The notes under the pieces are model-generated. The model did not search any database, had not been told where the DNA came from, and was given only the letters and a program-made list of their open reading frames with translations. A stretch of 32,000 bases of DNA. Origin: Dubosiella newyorkensis (GTDB lineage Bacteria; Bacillota_I; Bacilli_A; Erysipelotrichales; Erysipelotrichaceae). Shown in pieces: positions 13,993 through 23,055 of this stretch. Every line of letters starts with the position of its first letter. The stretch's first letter is position 1. The stretch covers positions 1 to 32,000 of the forward strand of contig NZ_MPKA01000064.1 in the NCBI RefSeq assembly GCF_001945605.1, read 5' to 3'. The position numbers and the translations under genes were made by a program.

Positions 13993-15606
13993 ATGAAAAT
14001 CACAAACGAAATCAAAAATTTAACTTCTCATCTTCAATCTTTTTTTCATCTGCTCGTGCAGATGAAGCTTCAGAACACAACTGTAAAACTGCTTTTATGC
14101 GCACTGGCGACCGGCCTTTTCGAGATCCTTTTTTCTCTGGCATACGCCCGGGCCTTGGATCAAATTGCGCTTGAGGCGCTATGGCCCGTTATGCTCGTTT
14201 CCGGATTATGTCTTGCAAAGAGCGGAGCCATTCTCTTTCAAACAATACTGGACTGGCTGAGCCGCACAAACCGCAACGCCATGATCGCCAAACTGCGCCA
14301 TGAAATGATGCATTCCATCCTGAATATGGACTATGAATATTTTCTAACATTTTCCAAAGGAGAGCTCATCGACAAGATCCAGGCCTCCACCTTTGATCTG
14401 GCCGACAATCTTGGCATGTTCCTGCCCGATCTTTTCCGGCATGTCGTGATCGGAACGATCACGCTGGCTGCCGCCTTCTGCTTTGCGCCCGCACTTTCCT
14501 TCGTTTTTCTCGTCCTATGCATACTAATGTTAATAACACAAATCTATGGCGGAAAATTTTGTGAAAAGCCGATGAACGAAATGATCGCTATGCGTAATAG
14601 GCGGGACTCCTGTATCCACGAACTGCTTTCCCACACAAAAACGATCCAGATTTTTGATCTGGAATCTTTTGAAAAGAAACAGTTCCATCAGTCATCCGAA
14701 CATTTTATCGCCTCTTTTTCCAAAGCCATGCAACGTCTGGCGTCTGCGTTCAGTCCGGCGCGGATCTTTAATGACTGCGCGATCCTGTTTCCTTGCGTTC
14801 TGGCCGTCTTTGCGGTACGCGATCATACGCTGTCTCTTGAGCGGTTTTTCACTCTGCTGTTTCTTTGGAACATCTGCGCACAAGAATGGAAAGGACTCGA
14901 CGCCATATTCGGCAATCTGCCCGGACTGCTTGCCAATTACCGCGATCTTGATCAAATCTGGAACATGCCAAAAGAAAGAACTATTTCATACCCTATTCCT
15001 GAAGATACAGTACTCCTTGAAATCAAAGATCTAGGATATGCCTATCATGACAAAACACCAGTCTTTGCCAATGAGTCCTTAAAGGTCAATTTTGAAGAAA
15101 AAATTGCTATTGCCGGAAAAAACGGGTGTGGAAAAACAACATTTCTGCGCTGTATTGCCGGCCTGTATACCCGCTATACCGGAGTAGTAGCCCGATCTCA
15201 ATCTCTCAAAATCAGCTACGCCGGACAACGTCCGGGATGGTTCGAAGCTAGTTTTCGCGACAATCTCGATCCGTTACATATCCATTCCGACCAAGAGATC
15301 CACGCCTATCTCAAAGCATTCGATCTCGATTATCTATGTGGTAGGATCGATCAGATCCCTGCCGATCTGTCGGGTGGCGAAAAACAGCGGCTAGCCATCA
15401 TTCGATCTTTGCTCGAAGACCCGGATATTTTGCTTTTGGATGAGGCAACGAGCGCCGTAGACGCAAAAATTGCCCGCACCATTCATGAACAGCTAACATC
15501 TAGACCGCATCTTGCACTTCTTTCGATTGTGCATGATCCTTCCGTGCTTGATTTGTATGACCAGGTCCTTGTTCTTGACTCAAAGGAAGGACAACACTAT
15601 GAATAA
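13993..15606 (+). CDS. ABC exporter, fused permease/ATPase subunit (half-transporter 1)
   Basis: An N-terminal six-TM domain is followed by Walker A GKNGCGKTT, the signature LSGGEKQR, Walker B ILLLDEATSAVD and an H-loop (IVHD). Confidence 0.85.
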   Translation: MKITNEIKNLTSHLQSFFHLLVQMKLQNTTVKLLLCALATGLFEILFSLAYARALDQIALEALWPVMLVSGLCLAKSGAILFQTILDWLSRTNRNAMIAKLRHEMMHSILNMDYEYFLTFSKGELIDKIQASTFDLADNLGMFLPDLFRHVVIGTITLAAAFCFAPALSFVFLVLCILMLITQIYGGKFCEKPMNEMIAMRNRRDSCIHELLSHTKTIQIFDLESFEKKQFHQSSEHFIASFSKAMQRLASAFSPARIFNDCAILFPCVLAVFAVRDHTLSLERFFTLLFLWNICAQEWKGLDAIFGNLPGLLANYRDLDQIWNMPKERTISYPIPEDTVLLEIKDLGYAYHDKTPVFANESLKVNFEEKIAIAGKNGCGKTTFLRCIAGLYTRYTGVVARSQSLKISYAGQRPGWFEASFRDNLDPLHIHSDQEIHAYLKAFDLDYLCGRIDQIPADLSGGEKQRLAIIRSLLEDPDILLLDEATSAVDAKIARTIHEQLTSRPHLALLSIVHDPSVLDLYDQVLVLDSKEGQHYE

Positions 15607-17245
15607 GTCATGGCAAACAATCCGGCTTCTCATCAAAGAAAGCCCGAAATATTGGCGCCTTTCCATCCTGGGCGCCATCCTTGCTTCCCTGCCCTGGTTT
15701 GTTTCGACATGGATTGTTTCGTGGTTTCTTGCAAAGGCTATTGACCAGGTGAATGATATGGCTTGGGATCCGGTCGGAGCATTCATCTTCGTCCTTTTTG
15801 TGATCATAATGTTGCGTGTACCGGTTATATATGGATATCGTCTTAATTCATGGGCTGCCGAAAAGCTTTCTGCCCGCTTTCAATGGAAACTGCTTCGCTC
15901 ATGGAATCGAAGAGATCCAGCTGATGTTTCGATTTCTTTCAATGAAACATTGACCCGGATCCTGAACGATTGCGCGCAGTCCCTTTCCGAGTTTTTCTTT
16001 CAAGGCTTTGGCTTGAAAATACTAGAGCCAGTCCTGACTGGTGTGATTGCCTTGGTCGTTCTCTGGATGCTGCAATGGAAAATCGCTCTGCTTTCGATCG
16101 GACTTGGCGTCGTTTTATCGATCTTTACGATCAAGTTCACAAAAACGATCGAAGATCTGCATGCTGCACTTCAAACCAAAAACGACCAGTTGAACCAGAT
16201 TTTTAATGATAATTTATCCAATATGGAAACGATCAAAGCGATGGATCTAAGATCCCTAAAGCTCGATCAGTTCGATCGTTGCAGCTGTGAGATCCAAACC
16301 ACAGCCAATCAGTTGGCAAAAATAGAGATTCTATTAAAAACGCTCCCAAAGCTTGGCGAACTGATCCTGATCGTCTTCACGTTGCGCTTTTCGGTTCTTG
16401 ATCCGGCTTTTCCGGTTGGCAATATCGTTCTAGTCGTAGCCATGCAAGTGTTTGTGAACAATTTGTTCTCCAACTTTGGAACGATGCGTAATGAGCTCGT
16501 CAAAACAGCCATTCATGCGCATAGGATCCTCGATACGCTCGATGAGTTGCACAGCTCTGAGCGAAAAGAGAATAAAGCCATATCTTTTCCGGACCCTGTT
16601 ACATTTTTTCAAATGGACCACATCGATTTTTCCTATGGAAACCAATCAATCTTACGAGATGTTTGTCTTGTTGCGAAGAAGGGAGAGCTGATGATATTAA
16701 AAGCGCTTTCAGGAAGTGGAAAATCGACTTTGCTTGATATTATCCAGGGATGGAGACAAGCAGAACACGGAACAATTTTGTGGAATGGCCAAAAACACAT
16801 TCATTGCGGACTTTTTGAAACAAGAAAGAAGATCCGGCTATTTGGGCAAGCCCCTGTGCTTTTTCAAGGAACCATTCGAGAAAACATTGAACTCGCCGCA
16901 TCTAGACCTTTAAACGAAGAAGAACTGAAAAAGATAGCCGTATCGGTCAACTGGCAAAATTGCGAAATGGAAACCATGATCGAAGAGGGAGGTTCGAATT
17001 TATCGGGAGGCCAGCGACAGAAAATCACATTGATGCAGGCGCTCGTGAGCGATGTGGACGTTTTGCTTCTCGATGAACCAACATCGGCTCTGGATCAAAA
17101 GAGCGAAGAAGTGGTATACGAAACTTTGAATCGACTCAAACAAGAAAAAATCCTTTTGATCGCGACGCATCGACCTTTGCTGATTCGCAAAGCGGACAGC
17201 ATCTACTCTTGGCAAAACAAAAAATGGGTTCATATCGACCCATAA
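15599..17245 (+). CDS. ABC exporter, fused permease/ATPase subunit (half-transporter 2)
   Basis: The ATG at 15599 has an AAGGAAGGA RBS and overlaps the upstream gene by 8 nt. Motifs are Walker A LSGSGKST, signature LSGGQRQK and Walker B LLLDEPTSALD. Confidence 0.85.
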   Translation: MNKSWQTIRLLIKESPKYWRLSILGAILASLPWFVSTWIVSWFLAKAIDQVNDMAWDPVGAFIFVLFVIIMLRVPVIYGYRLNSWAAEKLSARFQWKLLRSWNRRDPADVSISFNETLTRILNDCAQSLSEFFFQGFGLKILEPVLTGVIALVVLWMLQWKIALLSIGLGVVLSIFTIKFTKTIEDLHAALQTKNDQLNQIFNDNLSNMETIKAMDLRSLKLDQFDRCSCEIQTTANQLAKIEILLKTLPKLGELILIVFTLRFSVLDPAFPVGNIVLVVAMQVFVNNLFSNFGTMRNELVKTAIHAHRILDTLDELHSSERKENKAISFPDPVTFFQMDHIDFSYGNQSILRDVCLVAKKGELMILKALSGSGKSTLLDIIQGWRQAEHGTILWNGQKHIHCGLFETRKKIRLFGQAPVLFQGTIRENIELAASRPLNEEELKKIAVSVNWQNCEMETMIEEGGSNLSGGQRQKITLMQALVSDVDVLLLDEPTSALDQKSEEVVYETLNRLKQEKILLIATHRPLLIRKADSIYSWQNKKWVHIDP

Positions 17246-17282
17246 GATAACTTAAAGCATTTTCATCAAAAAGAATCCATTT

Positions 17283-17345
17283 AAACGCTCCCCTTAAAAC
17301 GGATAAGCGAAATTTCTAAATAGAAGTTTTGTAAGGGGAGCGTTT
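17283..17345 (+). terminator. putative terminator after the ABC operon (long-loop hairpin)
   Basis: AAACGCTCCCCTTA (17283-17296) pairs with TAAGGGGAGCGTTT (17332-17345) and is followed by TTAG. The stem is strong, but the loop is about 35 nt and the T-tract is short. Confidence 0.45.
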
Positions 17346-17554
17346 TAGCATATTGTCGAGTTGTATAACGATCAAAATTTCTGTTTAAAAAAACAAATAA
17401 AATTTACTCGATTCCCATAGACTACGCCTTCCGCTTTTTAATTTGAACTTATCTCCAACATTTTAAGGTTAAATGACGGAAATAGTTTCTTAACAATCTG
17501 CAATTATTTTTAGGTATCCTGATAGAAAATAGGAAATTTTTCCGTAAATCGAAC

Positions 17555-17584
17555 ACAAAAAAAGCTTCCCGTTTGCAGGAAGCT
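17555..17584 (-). terminator. Rho-independent terminator of the murF-ddl/alr/acyltransferase operon
   Basis: The minus strand reads AGCTTCC-TGCAAACG-GGAAGCT followed by TTTTTTTG, and lies 6 nt after the acyltransferase stop. Confidence 0.7.
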
Positions 17585-17589
17585 AAAGA

Positions 17590-18603
17590 TCAAATCAAAT
17601 TATTCAAGATCGGATACTTTTCTTTTTCCCGTACGATCAAGGAAGCAAGTCCTTGCGATAAAGCGATCGTCAAGAAATAGACGACAAGATTGGCGTTTGG
17701 AAAAAACATGAACAAGATCCGAACGAATAAGATATGCGATGTATAGATAATCAAAGAATCGTAGCGCAAGATCTTGTACTGTTGACGATACGGGATCTTT
17801 ACCGCCAGTAAATAATTGACTAAAAAGTACGTGGCCGGCACGAGCATCAAATACATACAGCTCAAATCATACATCATGCCGATCCGAGTATAGATCCAAA
17901 CTTCCAAGATCAAAAGCGCGAAGCAGATCGAAAATGCGATCAAGCTCACCCTTGTTGGAAGCCTTCTTGTCTTCGCTAACAATAAACCGAGCGCCAAATA
18001 CATCGGTCCAAAGAAAAACCCATCTCGCGCCGTGACTAGTGTTTTCGTAAAAAAGCCATATAAGATAGATACATAAGGCAGTTTTTCCCACAATGGCGCG
18101 TATACGTTGATCAAATATCCGATCAAGTAAAGAGCAAAGGCTACTTTGAGCGTAAAGGAAAGTCCTTTTCGCTTATAGATCTGATATACGATTGCCATCC
18201 CGATGATAAGAGCTGGCAAAAACCATAGATGATAATAGCTTCCATTCAAGAAAAAATCACGAATATAGGCGAAGATCGAAATCAGTGAAAAGCCAGAACT
18301 CGCATAATTCCAAATCGTATAAGGAAGATAAATCACCGTCCAGATCAAATAAAGCTTCAAGATCCGCCATTCATAGTGTTTAAAACGAAAGTCGTTTTCC
18401 TCTTCATCCTCGCTCCATTTCCGAAAAAAGAAATAGCCCGATACGACAAAGAAAAATGGGACCGCCAGCCGGCAAACCGTCTGGATAAAATACGTATTGA
18501 ACGTTTTAGAAATATCGACAAACGGATACACATGGATACATACGACAAGCAGTGCAGAAATGTAGCGGGCGATATCGATCGCCCCAAATTGTTTTCCCCT
18601 CAT
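17590..18603 (-). CDS. acyltransferase family 3 integral membrane protein
   Basis: The 337-aa product has about 10 TM segments. The N-terminus IDIARYISALLVVCIHVYPF is typical of Acyl_transf_3 (OatA/VanT membrane-domain type). Confidence 0.75.
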   Translation of the reverse strand: MRGKQFGAIDIARYISALLVVCIHVYPFVDISKTFNTYFIQTVCRLAVPFFFVVSGYFFFRKWSEDEEENDFRFKHYEWRILKLYLIWTVIYLPYTIWNYASSGFSLISIFAYIRDFFLNGSYYHLWFLPALIIGMAIVYQIYKRKGLSFTLKVAFALYLIGYLINVYAPLWEKLPYVSILYGFFTKTLVTARDGFFFGPMYLALGLLLAKTRRLPTRVSLIAFSICFALLILEVWIYTRIGMMYDLSCMYLMLVPATYFLVNYLLAVKIPYRQQYKILRYDSLIIYTSHILFVRILFMFFPNANLVVYFLTIALSQGLASLIVREKEKYPILNNLI

Positions 18604-18616
18604 AATTCCCCTAATT

Positions 18617-19765
18617 CTATTTCTTTGGCAGTCTAGGCAGCCTAGAGGCCAAGGATGTCAGCGTTTCATTGTTGATGGTGTTCATCATTCTAGAAATACG
18701 GTCGATCGTCACTCGATTTCCTTCTTGTTCGCCAACGATCACCGCTTCATCGCCCTCTTGCACGCCTTCGATCTCTGTCACATCCGCCATGCATTGATCC
18801 ATACAAATGTTTCCGATCAATTTAGCCTTTTTCCCATGAAGCAGCACTTCTAGGCCTTGATTGGAGACAAGACGAGAAAGTCCATCCGCGTATCCGATCG
18901 AAAGTGTCGCGACCTTCGTTGGCTTTTGAGCGACAAAATGCCGTCCATAGCTCACGCTTTCTCCGGCTTTGATCCACTTCACCAAACTCACATTGGCTTT
19001 TAAAGTCAAGATCGGCTTCAGACCAAGATGATAGGCAGTGTCGATCGAATCATCGCTCGTCATACCGTTGAACAAAAGCCCAGGCCGGCAATAATCGAAA
19101 CCAAGATCCCCATAATTCAAGATCCCATAACTATTTTGAATGTGACGCAAACCAGGATCGATCCCTTCCTCTTTTAAATAAGAGATCGCTTCCTCAAACA
19201 ATTCGATTTGATGTTTCGTGAAGCGTCGAGCGTCTTGTCCAAGGTCATCGCTGACAGGAAAGTGGGAAAAGATCCCCTCCACTCTTAAATACGGCAATTC
19301 ATAGATCGTTTTGAGCGCTTCTATTTCTTTGTGCCCATCCTGAAAAGGAATCCCGATGCGATTCATTCCCGTATCCAATTTAAGATGCCCGCGAACGACA
19401 ACATCCTTCGCTTTGGCAAAGTCATTGAGCTTCTTGGCGTACTCTTCCGAAAGGAACGACTGCACAAGGTCGTATTCAACAAGTTTTGAAAAGTGTTCTG
19501 GCGGAGTATAGCCTAGAATCAAAATATTTTCTTGGATCCCGCCTTCTCTCAGCTCGATGGCCTCATCGACACTCGAAACCCCAAAATAATCGATCCCAAG
19601 ATCTCTTAATGTTTTTGCGATCGGCAAAGCGCCAAGACCATAGGCGTTGGCTTTGACGATCCCCATGACCTTGGTCTTGTTCATGAGCTTTTGGATCTCT
19701 TTCAAGTTGTGCTCGATCGTATCATAATCGATCTCGCACCAAGCGCGTGAATACGCTTCTAGCAT
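18617..19765 (-). CDS. alr: alanine racemase (PLP-dependent)
   Basis: The PLP-Lys motif GIVKANAYGLG is present. Length is 382 aa, and C-terminal blocks include SIGYADG and GNICMDQCM. Confidence 0.85.
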   Translation of the reverse strand: MLEAYSRAWCEIDYDTIEHNLKEIQKLMNKTKVMGIVKANAYGLGALPIAKTLRDLGIDYFGVSSVDEAIELREGGIQENILILGYTPPEHFSKLVEYDLVQSFLSEEYAKKLNDFAKAKDVVVRGHLKLDTGMNRIGIPFQDGHKEIEALKTIYELPYLRVEGIFSHFPVSDDLGQDARRFTKHQIELFEEAISYLKEEGIDPGLRHIQNSYGILNYGDLGFDYCRPGLLFNGMTSDDSIDTAYHLGLKPILTLKANVSLVKWIKAGESVSYGRHFVAQKPTKVATLSIGYADGLSRLVSNQGLEVLLHGKKAKLIGNICMDQCMADVTEIEGVQEGDEAVIVGEQEGNRVTIDRISRMMNTINNETLTSLASRLPRLPKK

Positions 19766-22176
19766 GCACTGACCTCTTTTTCCATCGCAAGATCGATCAA
19801 AAGATCGATCAATTCAGTAAAGGAGATCCCTGCAGCTTGCATCATACTTGGATAACGGGAAGTCGCTGTGAAGCCAGGAAGCGTATTGATCTCGTTAAGA
19901 ACGATCTCGTTTTCTTCGGTCACGAACATATCGACACGCGCCATCCCCGTGCATCCCATGATTCGGAACGCTTTTTTCGCCAATGCTTGCGCGTTGGCGA
20001 ATGTTTGTCCATCAATACGAGCTGGACAATAAATATTAGCGCCTTTCATCGCGTACTTGCCTTCAAAATCAAAGATGGCGCTTTGGATCTCGATCTCGTC
20101 GACACTACCGACCTGGATCTGATCATTTCCTAAAACGGCGCAGCCGATCTCGAAGCCATTGATCGCTTCTTCGATCAAGATCTTTCCTCTTCCATCCCAT
20201 TTGAACGCGTCTTTTTTCGCTTCTTCAAATTGGCTCTTTTCTTCGACAAAATGAACACCATAGCTGCTTCCCGCGTTGCATGGCTTGATGACCCACGGGA
20301 GCGGAAGCTGTTCTTGGATCTCTTCAAAGCTTGGCTGCTCTTCCCATGCCTTCAAACAAATATATCGGGCGCAAGGAATGTGCGCTTGATCGCATAAAAT
20401 ATGCATAATCTCTTTATCCATGCACATCGCCGAGGCGAGAATATCGCTTCCTACATAATGAATATTCATCATTTGCGCCAATCCTTGGAAGGCGCCATCT
20501 TCTCCATTTTTTCCATGGAGCACCGGGAATATCACATCGAGAGGAATAAAAATCTCATTGTCCTTGTCATAGACGCCTTTATGCATCCAAGAACAAGAAT
20601 GAATATACTCTTCTTTTTTCCACGTATCGCTTTCGATTGCTTCGATCGGACCCGTATAAATAAAGAATTGTCCGCCTTCATCGATTCCAATGCACGTTAT
20701 ATCGTATTTTGAGCGGTCGATCTGGTGTAGAAAACTGCCTGTCGAATGCAGCGAAACCGAATACTCACTGCTTTGTCCTCCAAAAACGACCCCCAATTTC
20801 AATTTTGCCATACTTCCTCCTGCTGTTAATTGTTTTACGATCGTATCCATCGCCATTGCACGGCTTCCTTTGATCAAGATCACACAATCCTCTTGAAGCA
20901 AAGGAAGCAAAGCTTGTACGATTTCTTCTTTCGTTTGAAAAGATGCTCCATTCTCGCCAAACGCCTTCGCGCTTTCTACGCTCAATGGACCATATGTATA
21001 AAGCTGGTCGACACCATGCTCTTTAGCGTACTTGCCAATCGAAGCGTGGAGTTCTCTTTCTTCATTTCCTAGATCCAGCATATCACCTAAGATGGCGATA
21101 TGCTTTTGAGCCGGAAGGGCAAGGAGCGTATCGATCGCCGCCTTGGCGCTTTCCGGATTCGATTTATATGAATCGTCGAGAACGCGGGCATGTTGAAGCG
21201 TGAGCAGTTGTGTCCGCATCTTCGTCATTTCTAAGTTTTTAAGTCCTTGTAAGATCGTCGCATCCTCGATACCATCGTATTTGGCAGCAAGAATGACCGG
21301 CAATGCGTTCATCGCTTGATGGGCGCCCAAAGCATGCAGCTCGATCAAATCCTGGATGCCATTGGTTTTAAAGAAGATCGAATCTTTTCCATAATCGATC
21401 GAGGAAACGATCGAAAGCGTGCCTCCTTGGCCAAAGGATCGGATCGTTTTGCTCGGATCGAGTTTTTTCTCTTGCAGTACTTCTTCGATTTCCGGCGATT
21501 CTTTATTGTAGATCAATACGCCACCTTCCTTGAGTCCATCATAGATCTCCAGCTTCGCTTCGGCGATCTGCTTTTTTCCGCCTAGATTTTCCATATGGGC
21601 GGAACCGATCGTCGTAATGATCGCGATATCCGGGGGCGCGATCTTTGTCAAATAGGTGATCTCGCCTTTGTTTTCCATTCCCATTTCAAGGATCGCGACT
21701 TGCAGATCGGCATCAAAGTCTAAGATCGTCAAAGGAAGTCCGATCTCGTTGTTTCGATTACCTGGTGTCGCCGCGCTCTTCTTTACAAGAGAATAGACAC
21801 TTTTCACCATATCTTTACAGCTCGTCTTGCCATTGGACCCCGTGATCGCGATCACTTCGGCATCTAAAGAAGCTAAATACGCTTGCGCGAGCTGGCCTAG
21901 CGCTTCGATCGTATCTTCCACCAAGATCAAAGGGATCCCTTCTGGATAAGGGGTATGATCTTTTTGCCAAAAAGCAAGAGCGGCTTGTCCGTTTTTAACT
22001 TGTTCAATAAATGAATGCCCGTCATTGTGAGCGCCTACGATCGGAACGTATACATTGCCTTTTTGCACATTTCTCGAATCGATCGTTACGCCTTTTACGA
22101 TTGTGTCTGGATCGTATGGTCCGCAAACTTCACTTTGCATGTAGGTCGCGATTTCCGCGATGGTCTTTTGAATCAT
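19759..22176 (-). CDS. murF-ddl: bifunctional fusion: UDP-MurNAc-tripeptide--D-Ala-D-Ala ligase (MurF, residues 1 to about 450) joined to D-Ala--D-Ala ligase (Ddl, residues 456-805)
   Basis: The MurF part has the P-loop ITGSNGKTS and the C-terminal block IKGSRAMAMDTIVKQL. The linker is TAGGS. The Ddl part has MAKLKLGVVFGGQSSEYSVSLHS, the ATP-grasp blocks and LNEINTLPGFT. It is a single uninterrupted 805-codon frame. Confidence 0.8.
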   Translation of the reverse strand: MIQKTIAEIATYMQSEVCGPYDPDTIVKGVTIDSRNVQKGNVYVPIVGAHNDGHSFIEQVKNGQAALAFWQKDHTPYPEGIPLILVEDTIEALGQLAQAYLASLDAEVIAITGSNGKTSCKDMVKSVYSLVKKSAATPGNRNNEIGLPLTILDFDADLQVAILEMGMENKGEITYLTKIAPPDIAIITTIGSAHMENLGGKKQIAEAKLEIYDGLKEGGVLIYNKESPEIEEVLQEKKLDPSKTIRSFGQGGTLSIVSSIDYGKDSIFFKTNGIQDLIELHALGAHQAMNALPVILAAKYDGIEDATILQGLKNLEMTKMRTQLLTLQHARVLDDSYKSNPESAKAAIDTLLALPAQKHIAILGDMLDLGNEERELHASIGKYAKEHGVDQLYTYGPLSVESAKAFGENGASFQTKEEIVQALLPLLQEDCVILIKGSRAMAMDTIVKQLTAGGSMAKLKLGVVFGGQSSEYSVSLHSTGSFLHQIDRSKYDITCIGIDEGGQFFIYTGPIEAIESDTWKKEEYIHSCSWMHKGVYDKDNEIFIPLDVIFPVLHGKNGEDGAFQGLAQMMNIHYVGSDILASAMCMDKEIMHILCDQAHIPCARYICLKAWEEQPSFEEIQEQLPLPWVIKPCNAGSSYGVHFVEEKSQFEEAKKDAFKWDGRGKILIEEAINGFEIGCAVLGNDQIQVGSVDEIEIQSAIFDFEGKYAMKGANIYCPARIDGQTFANAQALAKKAFRIMGCTGMARVDMFVTEENEIVLNEINTLPGFTATSRYPSMMQAAGISFTELIDLLIDLAMEKEVSAC

Positions 22177-22199
22177 TTTTGAGCCTCCATTTGGAAAAC

Positions 22200-22208
22200 A
22201 TTATAGCA
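22200..22208 (-). promoter_or_regulatory. extended -10 promoter (TGcTATAAT) for murF-ddl
   Basis: The minus strand reads GTGCTATAATGTTTTCCAAATGGAGGCTCAAAAATG. This gives TGn plus a consensus TATAAT about 25 nt upstream of the ATG. No good -35 element was seen. Confidence 0.5.
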
Positions 22209-22418
22209 CAGCTTCTCACAAATAGAGAGGAAGCCGAAAAAAAACACATATCCCTCTTGAAAACGGTTTCATTTGTGTTTTGTGACCGATAAATAGCTTT
22301 TTTTTGAACAATTTGGAGGAAAAACGTAAAAAATAGAAGCAATTCCCCCACAAATTTGTGATTTTGGTCATTTTCACATATTTTTACAAATTTATCCCAT
22401 ATATTACGATTCAGCTTA

Positions 22419-22546
22419 TGCTATACTGTTAAACAAGCAAGGAACAGAAGGCCTTGCCGGTATGAAATCGTGAATAGATATTCATACTATTTTCTATCCC
22501 CTTAATTTTATGGAAAGCCAGGCCTCCCCTTAGCCTGGCTTTTCAT
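22419..22546 (+). ncRNA. candidate small structured RNA or leader: an extended -10 promoter, three hairpins and a terminator
   Basis: The promoter is TGcTATACT (22419-22427). Hairpins are GCAAGG/CCTTGC, GTATGAA/TTCATAC, and the terminator-like AAAGCCAGG-N11-CCTGGCTTT plus TC (22514-22543). It ends 30 nt before the HIT gene start. I do not recognise a family. Confidence 0.3.
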
Positions 22547-22575
22547 ATGCGTTGGGGGTCAAGGAGGGAGAAAAA

Positions 22576-22977
22576 ATGGATATTTTTTGTCAAATCGCAC
22601 AAGGTTCGATTCCAAGTCATAAGGTGTATGAGGACGATCAAGTGATCGCGTTTTTCGATATAGCACCTACGAGCTATGGACATACGCTAGTCGTTCCCAA
22701 ACAGCATTGTGATTCTTTTTTAGATTGTCCGCCAGAACTACTCAGTCATATGATGGAAGTCGCACAAAAGCTGGCCAATAAGCTGATGGATCATCTCAAC
22801 TGCGATGGAATCAATATTTTGAGCAACGCCAAAGAAGCGGCCGGACAAAGCGTTCCGCATTTTCATATCCATTTGATTCCTCGATATGAAGATTCGCCAA
22901 AAGATCTTGTCGAGATCCGTTTCCACGAAATCGAGAAACCAGATTTTGAACAGCTCATCGCCAATCTCAGCCGATAA
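22576..22977 (+). CDS. HIT-family (histidine triad) nucleotide hydrolase
   Basis: The histidine triad HFHIHLIP is present, and the N-terminus reads IFCQIAQGSIPSHKVYEDDQVIAFFDI. The RBS AAGGAGGG lies upstream of the ATG at 22576. Confidence 0.85.
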   Translation: MDIFCQIAQGSIPSHKVYEDDQVIAFFDIAPTSYGHTLVVPKQHCDSFLDCPPELLSHMMEVAQKLANKLMDHLNCDGINILSNAKEAAGQSVPHFHIHLIPRYEDSPKDLVEIRFHEIEKPDFEQLIANLSR

Positions 22978-22979
22978 TA

Positions 22980-23002
22980 GATGCCACAAGGCATCTTTTT
23001 TT
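22980..23002 (+). terminator. Rho-independent terminator after the HIT gene
   Basis: GATGCC-ACAA-GGCATC is followed by TTTTTTT. Confidence 0.75.
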
Positions 23003-23055
23003 ATTTTTGTATTCGCTGAATTATAATTAGATCAACCAAAAAGAGGAGGTTTTCT

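Noticed and set aside
13791-14174. 127-aa track ORF overlapping the start of the first ABC gene
   Set aside because: It is unlikely to be a real 127-aa protein. It starts at a TTG in an AT-rich promoter region, overlaps the ABC gene out of frame, and the ABC N-terminus from 13993 is canonical. Only the SD plus ATG at 13872 is kept, as a possible leader.
19759-20811. Idea that the Ddl domain is a VanC-type D-Ala-D-Ser or VanA-type D-Ala-D-Lac ligase, given the VanT-like neighbours
   Set aside because: The omega-loop region reads FDFEGKYAMKGANIYCPA and retains the Lys-Tyr of D-Ala-D-Ala ligases (compare E. coli DdlB EAKY). As I recall, VanC2 carries Phe at that Tyr, and D-Lac ligases lack it or replace it. 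So there is no sequence support for altered specificity. Only the gene-order observation was kept, as a low-key finding.
20401-22292. Plus-strand ORFs antisense to murF-ddl (20401..20712, 20690..20896, 20830..21072, 21316..21585, 22011..22292)
   Set aside because: All lie inside the 805-codon murF-ddl frame, which has unambiguous motifs. None has an RBS.
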